This document shows, one piece after another, positions 43,267 to 51,892 of a stretch of 51,892 nucleotides of DNA. A program made the position numbers and the translations under genes. The notes under the pieces were generated by a model that worked only from the letters and a program-made list of their open reading frames with translations, was not told the origin of the DNA and did not search any database. This DNA is from Acidimicrobiales bacterium (GTDB lineage Bacteria > Actinomycetota > Acidimicrobiia > Acidimicrobiales > UBA8592): NCBI GenBank assembly GCA_011523005.1, contig WTHU01000053.1, positions 1-51,892 of the forward strand. Direction: 5' to 3'. Numbering within the stretch: the first letter of the stretch is position 1; every line of letters begins with the position of its first letter.

Positions 43267-43731
43267 CTAATCTAGACTCTTTTTACGCTTTTGTCTTTTT
43301 ACGCGGGGCTTTAAACCCGGATACTTAAGAGTGGCAGAAACATAGCGTGTTTCCCAAATCAAAAGACCTAAATGTAAAAAAATTAATACGAGAGCGAATG
43401 GCATGATTTCAAACCATGTTTGATTACGTATAGGTAATACTGTGGCTGTGATAACTCCCATTCTGAAAACAAATCCTCCTAGTACTGCACTCATCAGTAG
43501 CTGAGGGGAGATCTTTACTGCCCAATCAATTATCCAAGCACCCGCAAGGAAGTTCGCTAACACTATTCCCAAAGCTACAGCGCTGGATGACAAGCCTGAC
43601 AACCCCCAGAAAATTAGCGCTAGGAGGAGAAGCACAGGTGAGATAATGAGACCTCTTCTGAAAATGTCAGTTGCCACTTCTCGTTCAGGTGCATCATGAG
43701 AGTTAGACGCAGCATCATTATTATTTGCCAT
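43267..43731 (-). CDS. atpI: ATP synthase protein I
   Basis: 4-TM protein directly upstream of atpB. Confidence 0.75.
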   Translation of the reverse strand: MANNNDAASNSHDAPEREVATDIFRRGLIISPVLLLLALIFWGLSGLSSSAVALGIVLANFLAGAWIIDWAVKISPQLLMSAVLGGFVFRMGVITATVLPIRNQTWFEIMPFALVLIFLHLGLLIWETRYVSATLKYPGLKPRVKRQKRKKSLD

Positions 43732-43981
43732 CTATCCCTTTCGCATCTGGAAGGGATTCTTCATAAGTTTTCATTTTCTGCGTATACGTGTACCAGAGTT
43801 TCCAAACCTCATATATTGCGACTGTTCCACCTAACGTCGCTAAAAGTATTGGTCCAGTTCCAAGCCACTTGTCCAAAAGGTAACCAAAGAAAGCAAACAG
43901 AGCAGGGGTTAAGACTAACTCAAATGCAGCTACGACCCCGTCTTCAGCCGCTTCAAGAGCTCTAACTGACTTTGCTACCAC
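43721..43981 (-). CDS. atpZ: AtpZ/AtpI-family 2-TM protein
   Basis: FGYLLDKWLGTGP motif; start placed at GTG 43981 after an AAGGAG SD. Confidence 0.75.
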   Translation of the reverse strand: MVAKSVRALEAAEDGVVAAFELVLTPALFAFFGYLLDKWLGTGPILLATLGGTVAIYEVWKLWYTYTQKMKTYEESLPDAKGIDGK

Positions 43982-44170
43982 TTTGTAGCTCCTTACCACA
44001 TCGCAAACTGCTATGAATCTTTAAGCAATCTACCACCACGTGTTACTAATTCGATAAAGAACAACAAGAAATAATTGCCAAATATTAGTGTTTAGAGATA
44101 TTTCTATGGCTATCACGCCGCCAAAGAAATCAAGTAGGATCGTGGTGTCCAACAGTTGTCTAGGAGAACT

Positions 44171-45634
44171 ATGAGCGGAAACGATGACGCACAGAATCTG
44201 TCACCAGAGTCAAAGGCTTTTAAATTCGGACTGGATGTTATCAATCAAAGTGAACCACAAATAGCTGACTACATCCGAGCGGAACTTGAGAATCAACGCA
44301 GTCAACTCAAATTGATCGCCTCAGAAAATTACGCTTCTCCTGCTGTCCTCCTTGCAATGGGGAATTGGTTTAGCGACAAATATGCCGAAGGAACTCCGGG
44401 GCATAGATTCTACGCCGGATGTGAGTTTGTTGATAAAGTTGAAACCCTCGCTTGCGAACATGCGAAGGATCTATTTGGGGCTAATTATGCTTATGTCCAA
44501 CCTCATTCAGGAATTGACGCTAATTTAGTAGCCTTCTGGGCGCTCCTCTCGCACCGTGTTGAAGCCCCTTTTCTGAAAAATCACGATGCAAAGCATGTCA
44601 ACGATTTACACGACGATGAATGGGAAACTCTAAGAAAGGCGTTTGGAAATCAGAGAATGATTGGCATGTCGCTTGATGCTGGAGGTCACCTTACCCACGG
44701 ATTTCGTCCGAACATTTCTGGGAAACTATTTAGTCAAAGATCTTATGGTGTCAACCCTGAAACAGAGCAACTGGATTATGGAAATATACAAGCCTTAGCG
44801 AACGAATTCCGTCCTTTGATAATTGTCGCTGGGTATTCCGCATATCCACGAAAAGTGAATTTCGCCAAGATGCGTGAAATAGCAGATTCAGTTGATGCGG
44901 TACTAATGGTTGACATGGCTCACTTTTCAGGTCTTGTAGCGGGAAAGGTTTTCACTGAAGAATATGACCCTATCCCCCATGCCCATATCGTTACGTCGAC
45001 AACGCATAAATCTTTACGAGGACCTCGTGGTGGAATCGTACTTTCCAATGAGCCAGGATTAGCCGATCACATTGACAAAGGGTGTCCAATGGTACTTGGA
45101 GGTCCTTTAGCAAATATTATGGCAGCCAAAGCAGTTGCATTTGCTGAAGCAAAATCACTTGACTTCCAATCATATGCTCAGCAAGTAGTGGACAACGCTC
45201 GTGCGCTAGCCGAAGGTATTGAAAAGAGAGGCGGCAGGCTCGTAACAGGAGGAACTGAAAATCATCTAGTACTCGTCGATGTTAGGAGTTTCGGCCTCAC
45301 CGGAAGACAAGCTGAAAGCGCCTTGGAGGAAGCGGGAGTAATAGTAAATCGAAATTCCATTCCCTTTGACCCAAACGGCGCTTGGTATACATCTGGAATT
45401 AGGTTAGGGACTCCAGCATTGACAAGCATTGGAATGTCCTGCGAGGACATGGATGAAGTAGCTGACATCATCTGCTCCACGCTAACTTCAGTTGACCCTG
45501 CAACTACCGCTTCTGGAGACCCGTCAAAAGCGAAGTTCATACTTTCTGATGTTGTGCAATCTTCTGCTAGAGAGAGATCCGCAAAATTGTTACAAGAAAA
45601 CCCTCTCTATCCAGAGGTCACCTCACTGATTTAA
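44171..45634 (+). CDS. glyA: serine hydroxymethyltransferase (long-insert type)
   Basis: [21 protein letters not shown], the PLP Lys in [13 protein letters not shown], and SGIRLGTPA; AGGAG SD before ATG 44171. Confidence 0.96.
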   Translation: MSGNDDAQNLSPESKAFKFGLDVINQSEPQIADYIRAELENQRSQLKLIASENYASPAVLLAMGNWFSDKYAEGTPGHRFYAGCEFVDKVETLACEHAKDLFGANYAYVQPHSGIDANLVAFWALLSHRVEAPFLKNHDAKHVNDLHDDEWETLRKAFGNQRMIGMSLDAGGHLTHGFRPNISGKLFSQRSYGVNPETEQLDYGNIQALANEFRPLIIVAGYSAYPRKVNFAKMREIADSVDAVLMVDMAHFSGLVAGKVFTEEYDPIPHAHIVTSTTHKSLRGPRGGIVLSNEPGLADHIDKGCPMVLGGPLANIMAAKAVAFAEAKSLDFQSYAQQVVDNARALAEGIEKRGGRLVTGGTENHLVLVDVRSFGLTGRQAESALEEAGVIVNRNSIPFDPNGAWYTSGIRLGTPALTSIGMSCEDMDEVADIICSTLTSVDPATTASGDPSKAKFILSDVVQSSARERSAKLLQENPLYPEVTSLI

Positions 45635-45754
45635 ATCTTGAATTAATGCAGTTACCCAGATTAAATCTTCAGGACGTAGTTTCCACTATGATGAGCGACC
45701 GGCATCAATTGTAGATTTGGATCTTGGATTCAATTATTGAGTCTTCGCTGGGCT

Positions 45755-46195
45755 TTAAGACTCTAAGTCGCTAATCTTTTGAACACGTTCGGCATGTCTG
45801 CCGCCCTGAAATTCAGCGTTTAGAAAAGCAACTAGAGACTCACGAGCGATTTCGGGACCTATCAGGCGCTCTCCGAAGCAAATTATATTCGCGTTATTAT
45901 GCTCGCGAGCAAGATGAGCCGACGTTACATCATGAACCGTTGCAGCCCTTACTCCTGAAATCTTATTTGCAGCAATACCGATACCTATACCACTTCCACA
46001 AACCAGTACGCCTAAATCTGCTTTGCCCTCTGTTATTGCTTGACCTACTGCAGCCCCGTAGTCTGGATAATCTACTCTGTCATGACTGTTTGTTCCGAGG
46101 TCTAATGTTTCGTAGCCTAATTCCTCTAGATAGCCAACTAACTCACTTTTCAAAGCGTAACCCGCATGGTCACAACCCACGGCAATCTTTTCCAT
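45755..46195 (-). CDS. rpiB: ribose-5-phosphate isomerase B
   Basis: GCDHAG, DYPD, CGSGIG, AREHNNAN and FQGGRH motifs. Confidence 0.95.
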   Translation of the reverse strand: MEKIAVGCDHAGYALKSELVGYLEELGYETLDLGTNSHDRVDYPDYGAAVGQAITEGKADLGVLVCGSGIGIGIAANKISGVRAATVHDVTSAHLAREHNNANIICFGERLIGPEIARESLVAFLNAEFQGGRHAERVQKISDLES

Positions 46196-46265
46196 ATAGT
46201 AGAAGCTAGTTCTTCCTAGCTAAGGATGTGATGATTTATCAGATCCTTGGGGCCTTTTTAGAAAT

Positions 46266-46889
46266 TTATATTAGCGCGCTTAGGATTGCGTCTTTTGTAA
46301 TTGGTCCTTCTCTGAGAACCTCAAGTCGTTCTTTTGAGAGATCAAGAATCGTTGAGGCCGCTCCATAGGAACATTCTCCTCCATCGATCATCAAATCAAC
46401 GGCTTCGAAAGCCTTTGGCATTCCTGAGATTTGAAGTGGGGTGGGTTTGCCATGAAGATTTGCGCTAGTTGCAGCAATCGGGCCCACGGCTTTACAAAGT
46501 GATTGAATGAACGCATGATCAGGGCTCCTCACCGCAATAGTCCCATCTTGAGCTACAAAGCTATTCGATGCTGTAGAAGCGTCAGGCAAAACGAAGGTGA
46601 GTGGACCTGGCCAAAATGCTTTAGCGAGCAAGTGCAGACTTTCGCTTTCGAATGAGCTGACAGTTCTGACTTGAGTGATGTCGCTAATAAGCAACGGAAG
46701 CGGCATTCCTAGGGGCCTATCTTTTAGCTTATAAATTCGGTTAAGCGCTGCGGAATGTTGAGGCAGTGCCCCTATCCCATAAACAGTGTCAGTGGGAAAT
46801 ATTGCTACGCCTCCTGCTAGCAAGGCTTTCGCTGCGCTTTCTAGGGCACCATCGGCTTGAGTAGATAGCTCTAGTCTCTGCATGTGCAA
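46266..46889 (-). CDS. tsaC: L-threonylcarbamoyladenylate synthase (YrdC/Sua5)
   Basis: FPTDTVYG, K.RP, FWPGPLT, TSANLHG and STILD motifs. Confidence 0.92.
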   Translation of the reverse strand: MHMQRLELSTQADGALESAAKALLAGGVAIFPTDTVYGIGALPQHSAALNRIYKLKDRPLGMPLPLLISDITQVRTVSSFESESLHLLAKAFWPGPLTFVLPDASTASNSFVAQDGTIAVRSPDHAFIQSLCKAVGPIAATSANLHGKPTPLQISGMPKAFEAVDLMIDGGECSYGAASTILDLSKERLEVLREGPITKDAILSALI

Positions 46890-47779
46890 CTCACTATTCT
46901 TTTTCTCCCAGTTAGATCGTCAGTAATCTTCACATCTGAATAACCCTGACCTACTGCTATTTCGGCGACGTAATCAGTCTGGTGAGGTGCCATTTCTAGT
47001 ATGACTGTTCCACCCGCTGATAGCCATGTAGGGGCCGAGGATAATATTGTTTCGACATGTTCGGTTCCTCTTTCGCCAGCAAAGAGTGCTTGATGGGGTT
47101 CATAGTTGGTTACTTCTGGCGGTAGCTCTTCTCCTGAGGCTATGTAAGGGGGATTTGAGACTATAAGCTGAAACGAATTTTTTAATTCGCCTGGAAGTTG
47201 GTCAAACCAATTACTTTCAAAAATTTTCACTTTCACAGCATGGTTCCCTAACCCTGCCAGGTTTGCGGAAGCTACTTTAAGAGCGTCAGATGAGTTATCA
47301 ACCAGGTACACTTCGACGTCATCGCGTTCCTGAGCGATAGACAATCCAATGGCTCCTGAACCGGTTCCTAAGTCGCAGACCCGAAGGGGTGCATCTCGAT
47401 CGCATTCGCCTAGGTAATCGTGAGCAACATCGACGAGTATTTCTGTTTCAGGTCTTGGAATTAGTACTCTGCTGTCTACCAGGAGGTCAAGTTGCCTAAA
47501 TGACCACGACCCCAGTGCATATTGGATGGGTTCACCACTTAGCCTTTTTTTTAAGATTTTGCTTAGGTGTTTCGCACCCAATATTGAAGCTTCAGTATTG
47601 AGATTTGAGATCAGTTCCTCTCGCCCATATCCAGATGCAACTTCTAGAATCCAATGAGCTTCTACACGAGCATTGGGAAAATTCTTTGTTTCTAGGGCAG
47701 ACACACTACTTTCGAGCAACTCTGCCCACGTGTTTTTAGTGTCGTGTCCATGTTTTATTTTCGGAGAGTTACTCATCAT
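46871..47779 (-). CDS. prmC: release factor glutamine methyltransferase
   Basis: GEPIQY, VLIPRPETE, DLGTGSG and SNPPY motifs. Confidence 0.95.
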   Translation of the reverse strand: MMSNSPKIKHGHDTKNTWAELLESSVSALETKNFPNARVEAHWILEVASGYGREELISNLNTEASILGAKHLSKILKKRLSGEPIQYALGSWSFRQLDLLVDSRVLIPRPETEILVDVAHDYLGECDRDAPLRVCDLGTGSGAIGLSIAQERDDVEVYLVDNSSDALKVASANLAGLGNHAVKVKIFESNWFDQLPGELKNSFQLIVSNPPYIASGEELPPEVTNYEPHQALFAGERGTEHVETILSSAPTWLSAGGTVILEMAPHQTDYVAEIAVGQGYSDVKITDDLTGRKRIVSCTCRD

Positions 47780-48842
47780 CTTCGAGAGTCGTCAATTGAG
47801 ATGCTCTTTCATTTTCTGCGAGAGCATCTGTCACCTGATTAATGTCGCCACTGAGAATGCGGTCAAGCTTGTATAGGGTAAGGCCTATCCTATGATCAGT
47901 AACTCTATTTTCTTTAAAATTATAAGTCCTGATTTTCTCTGATCGTCCACCGCCACCCATTTGGCCCTTGCGGGAAGCTGATTGCTCAGCTTGTATTCTT
48001 TCTTGCTCAGCTTGAAGAAGCCTTGACCTGAGAACAACCATCGCTCGGGCTTTGTTTTGAAGCTGACTCTTCTCATCTTGCATTGACACAATGATCCCTG
48101 TCGGCTTATGAGTTATTCGGACAGCTGAGTCCGTTGTATTTACCGATTGCCCACCTGGCCCGGAGGACCTAAAGACATCAACTTGCAAGTCAGATTCCTC
48201 AATCCTTATATCTATTTCATCGGCTTCTGGCAAGACAGAAACAGTTGCCGAGGATGTGTGGACGCGACCCTGGGTTTCGGTAACGGGTACCCGCTGAACT
48301 CTGTGAGGTCCACCTTCATATTTCATGTTACTCCACACATCGTTACCTTTTAAAATGAACGTAATTGTTGTAAACCCCCCCATATCAGAGGGCTGGCTGT
48401 TAAGCACCTCTAGTTTCCAACCTCGCTTACTTGCAAAGCTTGCGTACATTTCATACAAGTCGCGAGCAAATAGATTTGCTTCTTCTCCCCCTTCAGCACC
48501 GCGGATTTCTATAATGACATTTTTATTTTCATTTGGGTCCTTTGGAATAAGGAGCTGCCTTAGTTGCGTTTCAAGTGATTCGAGAGTTATTTGCGCTGCG
48601 TTGATTTCATCGCGGAGGAGCTCGCGATCGGTGCCATCAGCTTCAGTAAGCATTTCTTTGGCTGTCTCTATATCTTCATTTGATGACCTGATATCCCGAA
48701 TACATTTCACTATATTTTCGAGTTCGCTATATCTTTTAGCAACCTTTGCGTACTCCACTTGGTCTGATAGCAGGTCCTGATCGCCGAGTCGGTCTTGTAT
48801 ATCAAGAAATTCCTGTTCTAGTTCTTCGTGAAGATCTGCCAT
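47769..48842 (-). CDS. prfA: peptide chain release factor 1
   Basis: PVT anticodon motif, GGQ, and RTYNF. Confidence 0.97.
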   Translation of the reverse strand: MADLHEELEQEFLDIQDRLGDQDLLSDQVEYAKVAKRYSELENIVKCIRDIRSSNEDIETAKEMLTEADGTDRELLRDEINAAQITLESLETQLRQLLIPKDPNENKNVIIEIRGAEGGEEANLFARDLYEMYASFASKRGWKLEVLNSQPSDMGGFTTITFILKGNDVWSNMKYEGGPHRVQRVPVTETQGRVHTSSATVSVLPEADEIDIRIEESDLQVDVFRSSGPGGQSVNTTDSAVRITHKPTGIIVSMQDEKSQLQNKARAMVVLRSRLLQAEQERIQAEQSASRKGQMGGGGRSEKIRTYNFKENRVTDHRIGLTLYKLDRILSGDINQVTDALAENERASQLTTLEDDE

Positions 48843-48893
48843 GAAGTGAGAATAGCCTCATTTACTTTCGGACTGTTATGTTCAGTGATTAGT

Positions 48894-49886
48894 TTAGTGA
48901 TTCATACTAGGGGCAGTAGGCCATGGCTCTGGCACTGAAATAAAAGATGTCGGAACTTTTAGGTGTTCTGCTTGACGCCTGATGGCAGAATAGTCGTCCT
49001 TTTGTGGGTGCAAGAACCAGATTTCATCTGCAGGATAAGAATTGAGTAGCTGAGCTGCTACCGGGACTGCTTCTAAGTCGGCGCCAGTATAAGCAGTCAG
49101 AAGGATAAGTTGATTATTTTTCTTTGCGATAGCGGACGCAGGAAGAGAATCTGAAACGCTTATTGGTTCTATCGGACATGGAACGCGTTTTAAATCTGTC
49201 ACACCAATTTCAGAACCCGTACTCATAACCTCATGGATGAGCCAATTTGGTCTTGCCACTCTATTGAGCGGGTGGACAACGCTGTCTTTATTGCGGTACT
49301 TAGATACTTCTTGGCTAATACGCTCCAAAGTTATTTCAACGGGCTCGTTGTAATTTACTATTTTATGGGCCTCTCTGTCGTAGGTTCCGACACCAACCTC
49401 AAGGTGACTCTCGCCGTCGGGTCCTGTGACTACCTCAGCAATTGGAAGACCCTTCAGTTCTCCTTTGACTTTTCCGTTCTCGAAAGTGACGACACAATGG
49501 TTCTTTTCAAGCAAGCTTCGTATGAGCGGATCTATAGATTGGCTCTTAAGTTCGTCTGAACCTCTTTGAGGGTGCGGAGCCAAAGAATCACCATCAACAA
49601 TCCAAAGACAACAATCATCTTGAAGTCCTGCGATTTGTGTCAAAACTTTGTTGTCAGGCTCGTCAAGGATCAAGTTCCAGGAATTTTTACAAGCCGTGAT
49701 TGTGAGTGCTATTGCTAGCGCCGAAATCTTTTCATTTTTGGCGTACACGAAGATGGTCTCTTGATTACTTACCAGCACAGCCGAATTTTTCACTTCTACT
49801 TCAAAGTCTTGTTCCGGAAATGTTTTTTCGACCAGCGCGCGCGCTTTTACAACATTCAAACGCTCAAGTTGAGTGGAGTCCACCAT
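48894..49886 (-). CDS. conserved hypothetical protein
   Basis: 330-aa ORF filling the rpmE2-prfA gap; LEVGVGTYDREA and HPLNRVAR blocks. Confidence 0.75.
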   Translation of the reverse strand: MVDSTQLERLNVVKARALVEKTFPEQDFEVEVKNSAVLVSNQETIFVYAKNEKISALAIALTITACKNSWNLILDEPDNKVLTQIAGLQDDCCLWIVDGDSLAPHPQRGSDELKSQSIDPLIRSLLEKNHCVVTFENGKVKGELKGLPIAEVVTGPDGESHLEVGVGTYDREAHKIVNYNEPVEITLERISQEVSKYRNKDSVVHPLNRVARPNWLIHEVMSTGSEIGVTDLKRVPCPIEPISVSDSLPASAIAKKNNQLILLTAYTGADLEAVPVAAQLLNSYPADEIWFLHPQKDDYSAIRRQAEHLKVPTSFISVPEPWPTAPSMNH

Positions 49887-49909
49887 TGCTTTAGCGGTGC
49901 TATTGGTAT

Positions 49910-50179
49910 TTATTCTTCGGAATCCGATGAGCGTTTACGCTTGCCGTATCTCTTTTCAAAGCGCTCAACCCGCCCGGCAGTATCAACAATCGTCATTGTT
50001 CCTGTGAAGAATGGGTGGCTTGTGGAAGAGATAGGCACCTTCGCAAGAGGGTACTCCTCCCCATCTTCCCATCTGATTGTTTCGTCTGTTTCTATGGTGG
50101 ATCGTGTGATCCAAGATTCACCAGAAGAGGTGTCTTGGAATACAACTGCCCTGTATTCGGGATGAATATCTGCTTTCAT
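49910..50179 (-). CDS. rpmE2: 50S ribosomal protein L31 type B (Zn-free)
   Basis: [16 protein letters not shown]...SHPFFTG...[10 protein letters not shown], with no Cys; GGAG SD before ATG 50179. Confidence 0.93.
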   Translation of the reverse strand: MKADIHPEYRAVVFQDTSSGESWITRSTIETDETIRWEDGEEYPLAKVPISSTSHPFFTGTMTIVDTAGRVERFEKRYGKRKRSSDSEE

Positions 50180-50252
50180 TCTAACTCCATACAAATTTGT
50201 GCTTTTAGCGTATCTTTGGACCTCAGTTTATGCACCCAAGAGGCAATTCTTT

Positions 50253-51713
50253 CTATGCACTCTTATCAAGGATCTGAGAATTATCATCTGTTTGCAAAAT
50301 CTGCTCTATCAGATACTTCATGCCATCGGTTGGTGAGCCTGCTGCAATAGCTTCTCGTATCTTGCTTCGTAATCGCAATAAATTTTCTTGTTCCGCTTCC
50401 GTGTTGAAAGACTCCTCATTCTGAGTGCTAGATTTTCTTAGGTCAAGTGCTGGCGTTACGTCAGCATCAAAGATTTCCTGCGCTAGATAAATCTCTGAGG
50501 TGCTTCCTCCCTGAAGTTCTTGAACTAGCATTTCGTCTAAACGCGAGGTCGTCCCGCTCATAACGCTTGCTATGACAGTGAGTGAACCGCCTTCTTCAAG
50601 CTTTCTGCCAGCGCCAAAGAACCTCTTGGGGAGATATAAAGCAGACGCATCAAAATCGCTCGAGTTGCTTCTGCCGTTGTTATTTGAGATCTGATTATAA
50701 GCTCTAGCCAGAGAAGTCATTCCGTCTATGATCACGGCGACATCTTCACCCATCTCTACCATTCTTTTGGCTCGTTCAATAGTTAATTCCGCTATTGCAA
50801 CATGCTCTTCAGGTGATTGATCAAATGTTGAAGCGACTACATCTGATTTGATTAGCCAACGCTTCATGTCTGTCACTTGCTCCGGAGGGGTATCCACTAA
50901 CAATACGAGCTGCTTGACTTCAGAGTAATTACTTTCAATTGATTGCGATATTTCTTTAATTAATTCCTCTCGACCTGATCTTGAATCAGCGATAACCAAA
51001 GCTCTTTGTCCTTTGCCAATTGGTGCTACTAAATCTAGGGATCTCGAGGTCACGTTTTCTGGGTCCTCGGGGCGCTCCAATTTAAGTTTTGTATTCGGAT
51101 ACACAGGAGTAAGATCTGCGAAGTCTGGTCGGTCTAGTGCACCATCAACTTGGATTCCATTTATTGCTTCGAGCTGAAGCAAAGCTGGATTTTTTTCCGA
51201 TCGATTTGCAGGACGAAATGCGCCAAGAAGGTGATCTCCTTTTCGAAGACCATATTGACGTACGAATTTTACAGGCACATAGACGTCATCTCTGCTTGGA
51301 AGAAATCCATTTACCCGCAAAAACCCGTACCCGTCATCTCGAAGATCTAAATGCCCCTCCGCTGTTACAGGATCACCTGCCCACTCTTCCATAGCTTCTT
51401 TGCTTTTTCCCTTTCTTCGTCCTTTCCGTCCGTTATTCTCTTCGTTACCATTAGCTGTATTTGTATCTTGGGTTGCTTCAGCTCGAGCATCTGCCATGGG
51501 ATCCGCAGAATAGGAGGCGCTAGCTGCGGAATTATCGTCTTCGGACTGATTATTGGCGGAACTTTCCCCACCTGCTAATTCAATAATTATGTCCACAAGA
51601 TCCGATTTTGTTGACCTGGACGTTGGCTTCCCACCCATAGCTTTTGCGATGGCCACAAGGGATTCTTTATCTTTCGATTCAAGGTCTTTACGATCTGGAG
51701 ATTCAGTTGTCAT
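50253..51713 (-). CDS. rho: transcription termination factor Rho homologue with degenerate ATPase motifs
   Basis: Rho_N helix bundle, RNA-binding domain (DGYGFLR, DDVYV, GLRKGD), PIGKGQR, ASTFD, LARAYN, PKRFFGAGR and EGGSLT; canonical rho-rpmE-prfA-prmC locus; GAGGA SD before ATG 51713. Confidence 0.93.
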   Translation of the reverse strand: MTTESPDRKDLESKDKESLVAIAKAMGGKPTSRSTKSDLVDIIIELAGGESSANNQSEDDNSAASASYSADPMADARAEATQDTNTANGNEENNGRKGRRKGKSKEAMEEWAGDPVTAEGHLDLRDDGYGFLRVNGFLPSRDDVYVPVKFVRQYGLRKGDHLLGAFRPANRSEKNPALLQLEAINGIQVDGALDRPDFADLTPVYPNTKLKLERPEDPENVTSRSLDLVAPIGKGQRALVIADSRSGREELIKEISQSIESNYSEVKQLVLLVDTPPEQVTDMKRWLIKSDVVASTFDQSPEEHVAIAELTIERAKRMVEMGEDVAVIIDGMTSLARAYNQISNNNGRSNSSDFDASALYLPKRFFGAGRKLEEGGSLTVIASVMSGTTSRLDEMLVQELQGGSTSEIYLAQEIFDADVTPALDLRKSSTQNEESFNTEAEQENLLRLRSKIREAIAAGSPTDGMKYLIEQILQTDDNSQILDKSA

Positions 51714-51734
51714 TATCCTCTTCAATCTACGTTG

Positions 51735-51890
51735 TCACGAGCAGCGTGTTCGCTTCGTTAGCCTCTTCGTCGGAGAACTTCGTCAAACTGCACAAGGAGA
51801 TGCAGCCTAGTTCGTTGCCATAAGCGTCCCGACAAAGTGACTTTATCGGAAAGTAGGCTCATTCAGCAACAGATCGTGAATCTTATTTTA
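51735..51890 (-). promoter_or_regulatory. candidate rho promoter (-10 TAAAAT) and structured 5' leader
   Basis: TAAAAT at 51890-51885. Stems TCACGA/TCGTGA and AGCCTA/TAGGCT, and an 11-bp hairpin whose G-U pairs form only on the minus strand. ACGAAG occurs three times. Confidence 0.5.
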
Positions 51891-51892
51891 TT

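Noticed and set aside
44000-44170. Possible ZMP/ZTP or glycine riboswitch upstream of glyA
   Set aside because: No consensus elements visible; the region looks like an AT-rich divergent promoter region.
45635-45754. Possible remnant of an ancestral glyA or a small RNA between glyA and rpiB
   Set aside because: No recognisable reading frame or convincing stem.
50253-51713. Calling rho a pseudogene
   Set aside because: No stops or frameshifts, SD and promoter intact, and structural motifs conserved while catalytic residues are specifically changed. This fits a pseudo-enzyme better than decay.

Overview
About 52 kb of mostly core chromosome from an actinobacterium of moderate GC (roughly low-40s % by eye). 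Gene content, synteny and lineage-typical hypothetical proteins suggest a marine or streamlined Acidimicrobiia; this is inference. The window holds the conserved blocks rho-rpmE2-hyp-prfA-prmC-tsaC-rpiB, glyA (inverted), atpZIBEFHAGDC, glpX, murA, iscS-mnmA, ligA, gatCAB, ilvBNC, ilvD and metY, plus an inserted TetR-controlled sulfatase/dehalogenase operon. I saw no tRNA, rRNA, CRISPR array or mobile element. The most striking observation is a full-length, uninterrupted Rho at its canonical locus. Its RNA-binding domain is intact, but almost every ATPase/translocase residue is replaced (Walker A Lys/Thr, catalytic Glu, Arg valve, Arg finger, Q-loop). It is preceded by a structured 5' leader, and convergent genes in the window abut with no visible intrinsic terminators. 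Other notable items: a PASTA-domain pseudokinase, a SAM-I/IV riboswitch, a perfect 23-bp palindrome (likely TetR operator), an unannotated 39-aa membrane microprotein, a structured ilvB leader and widespread leaderless genes.
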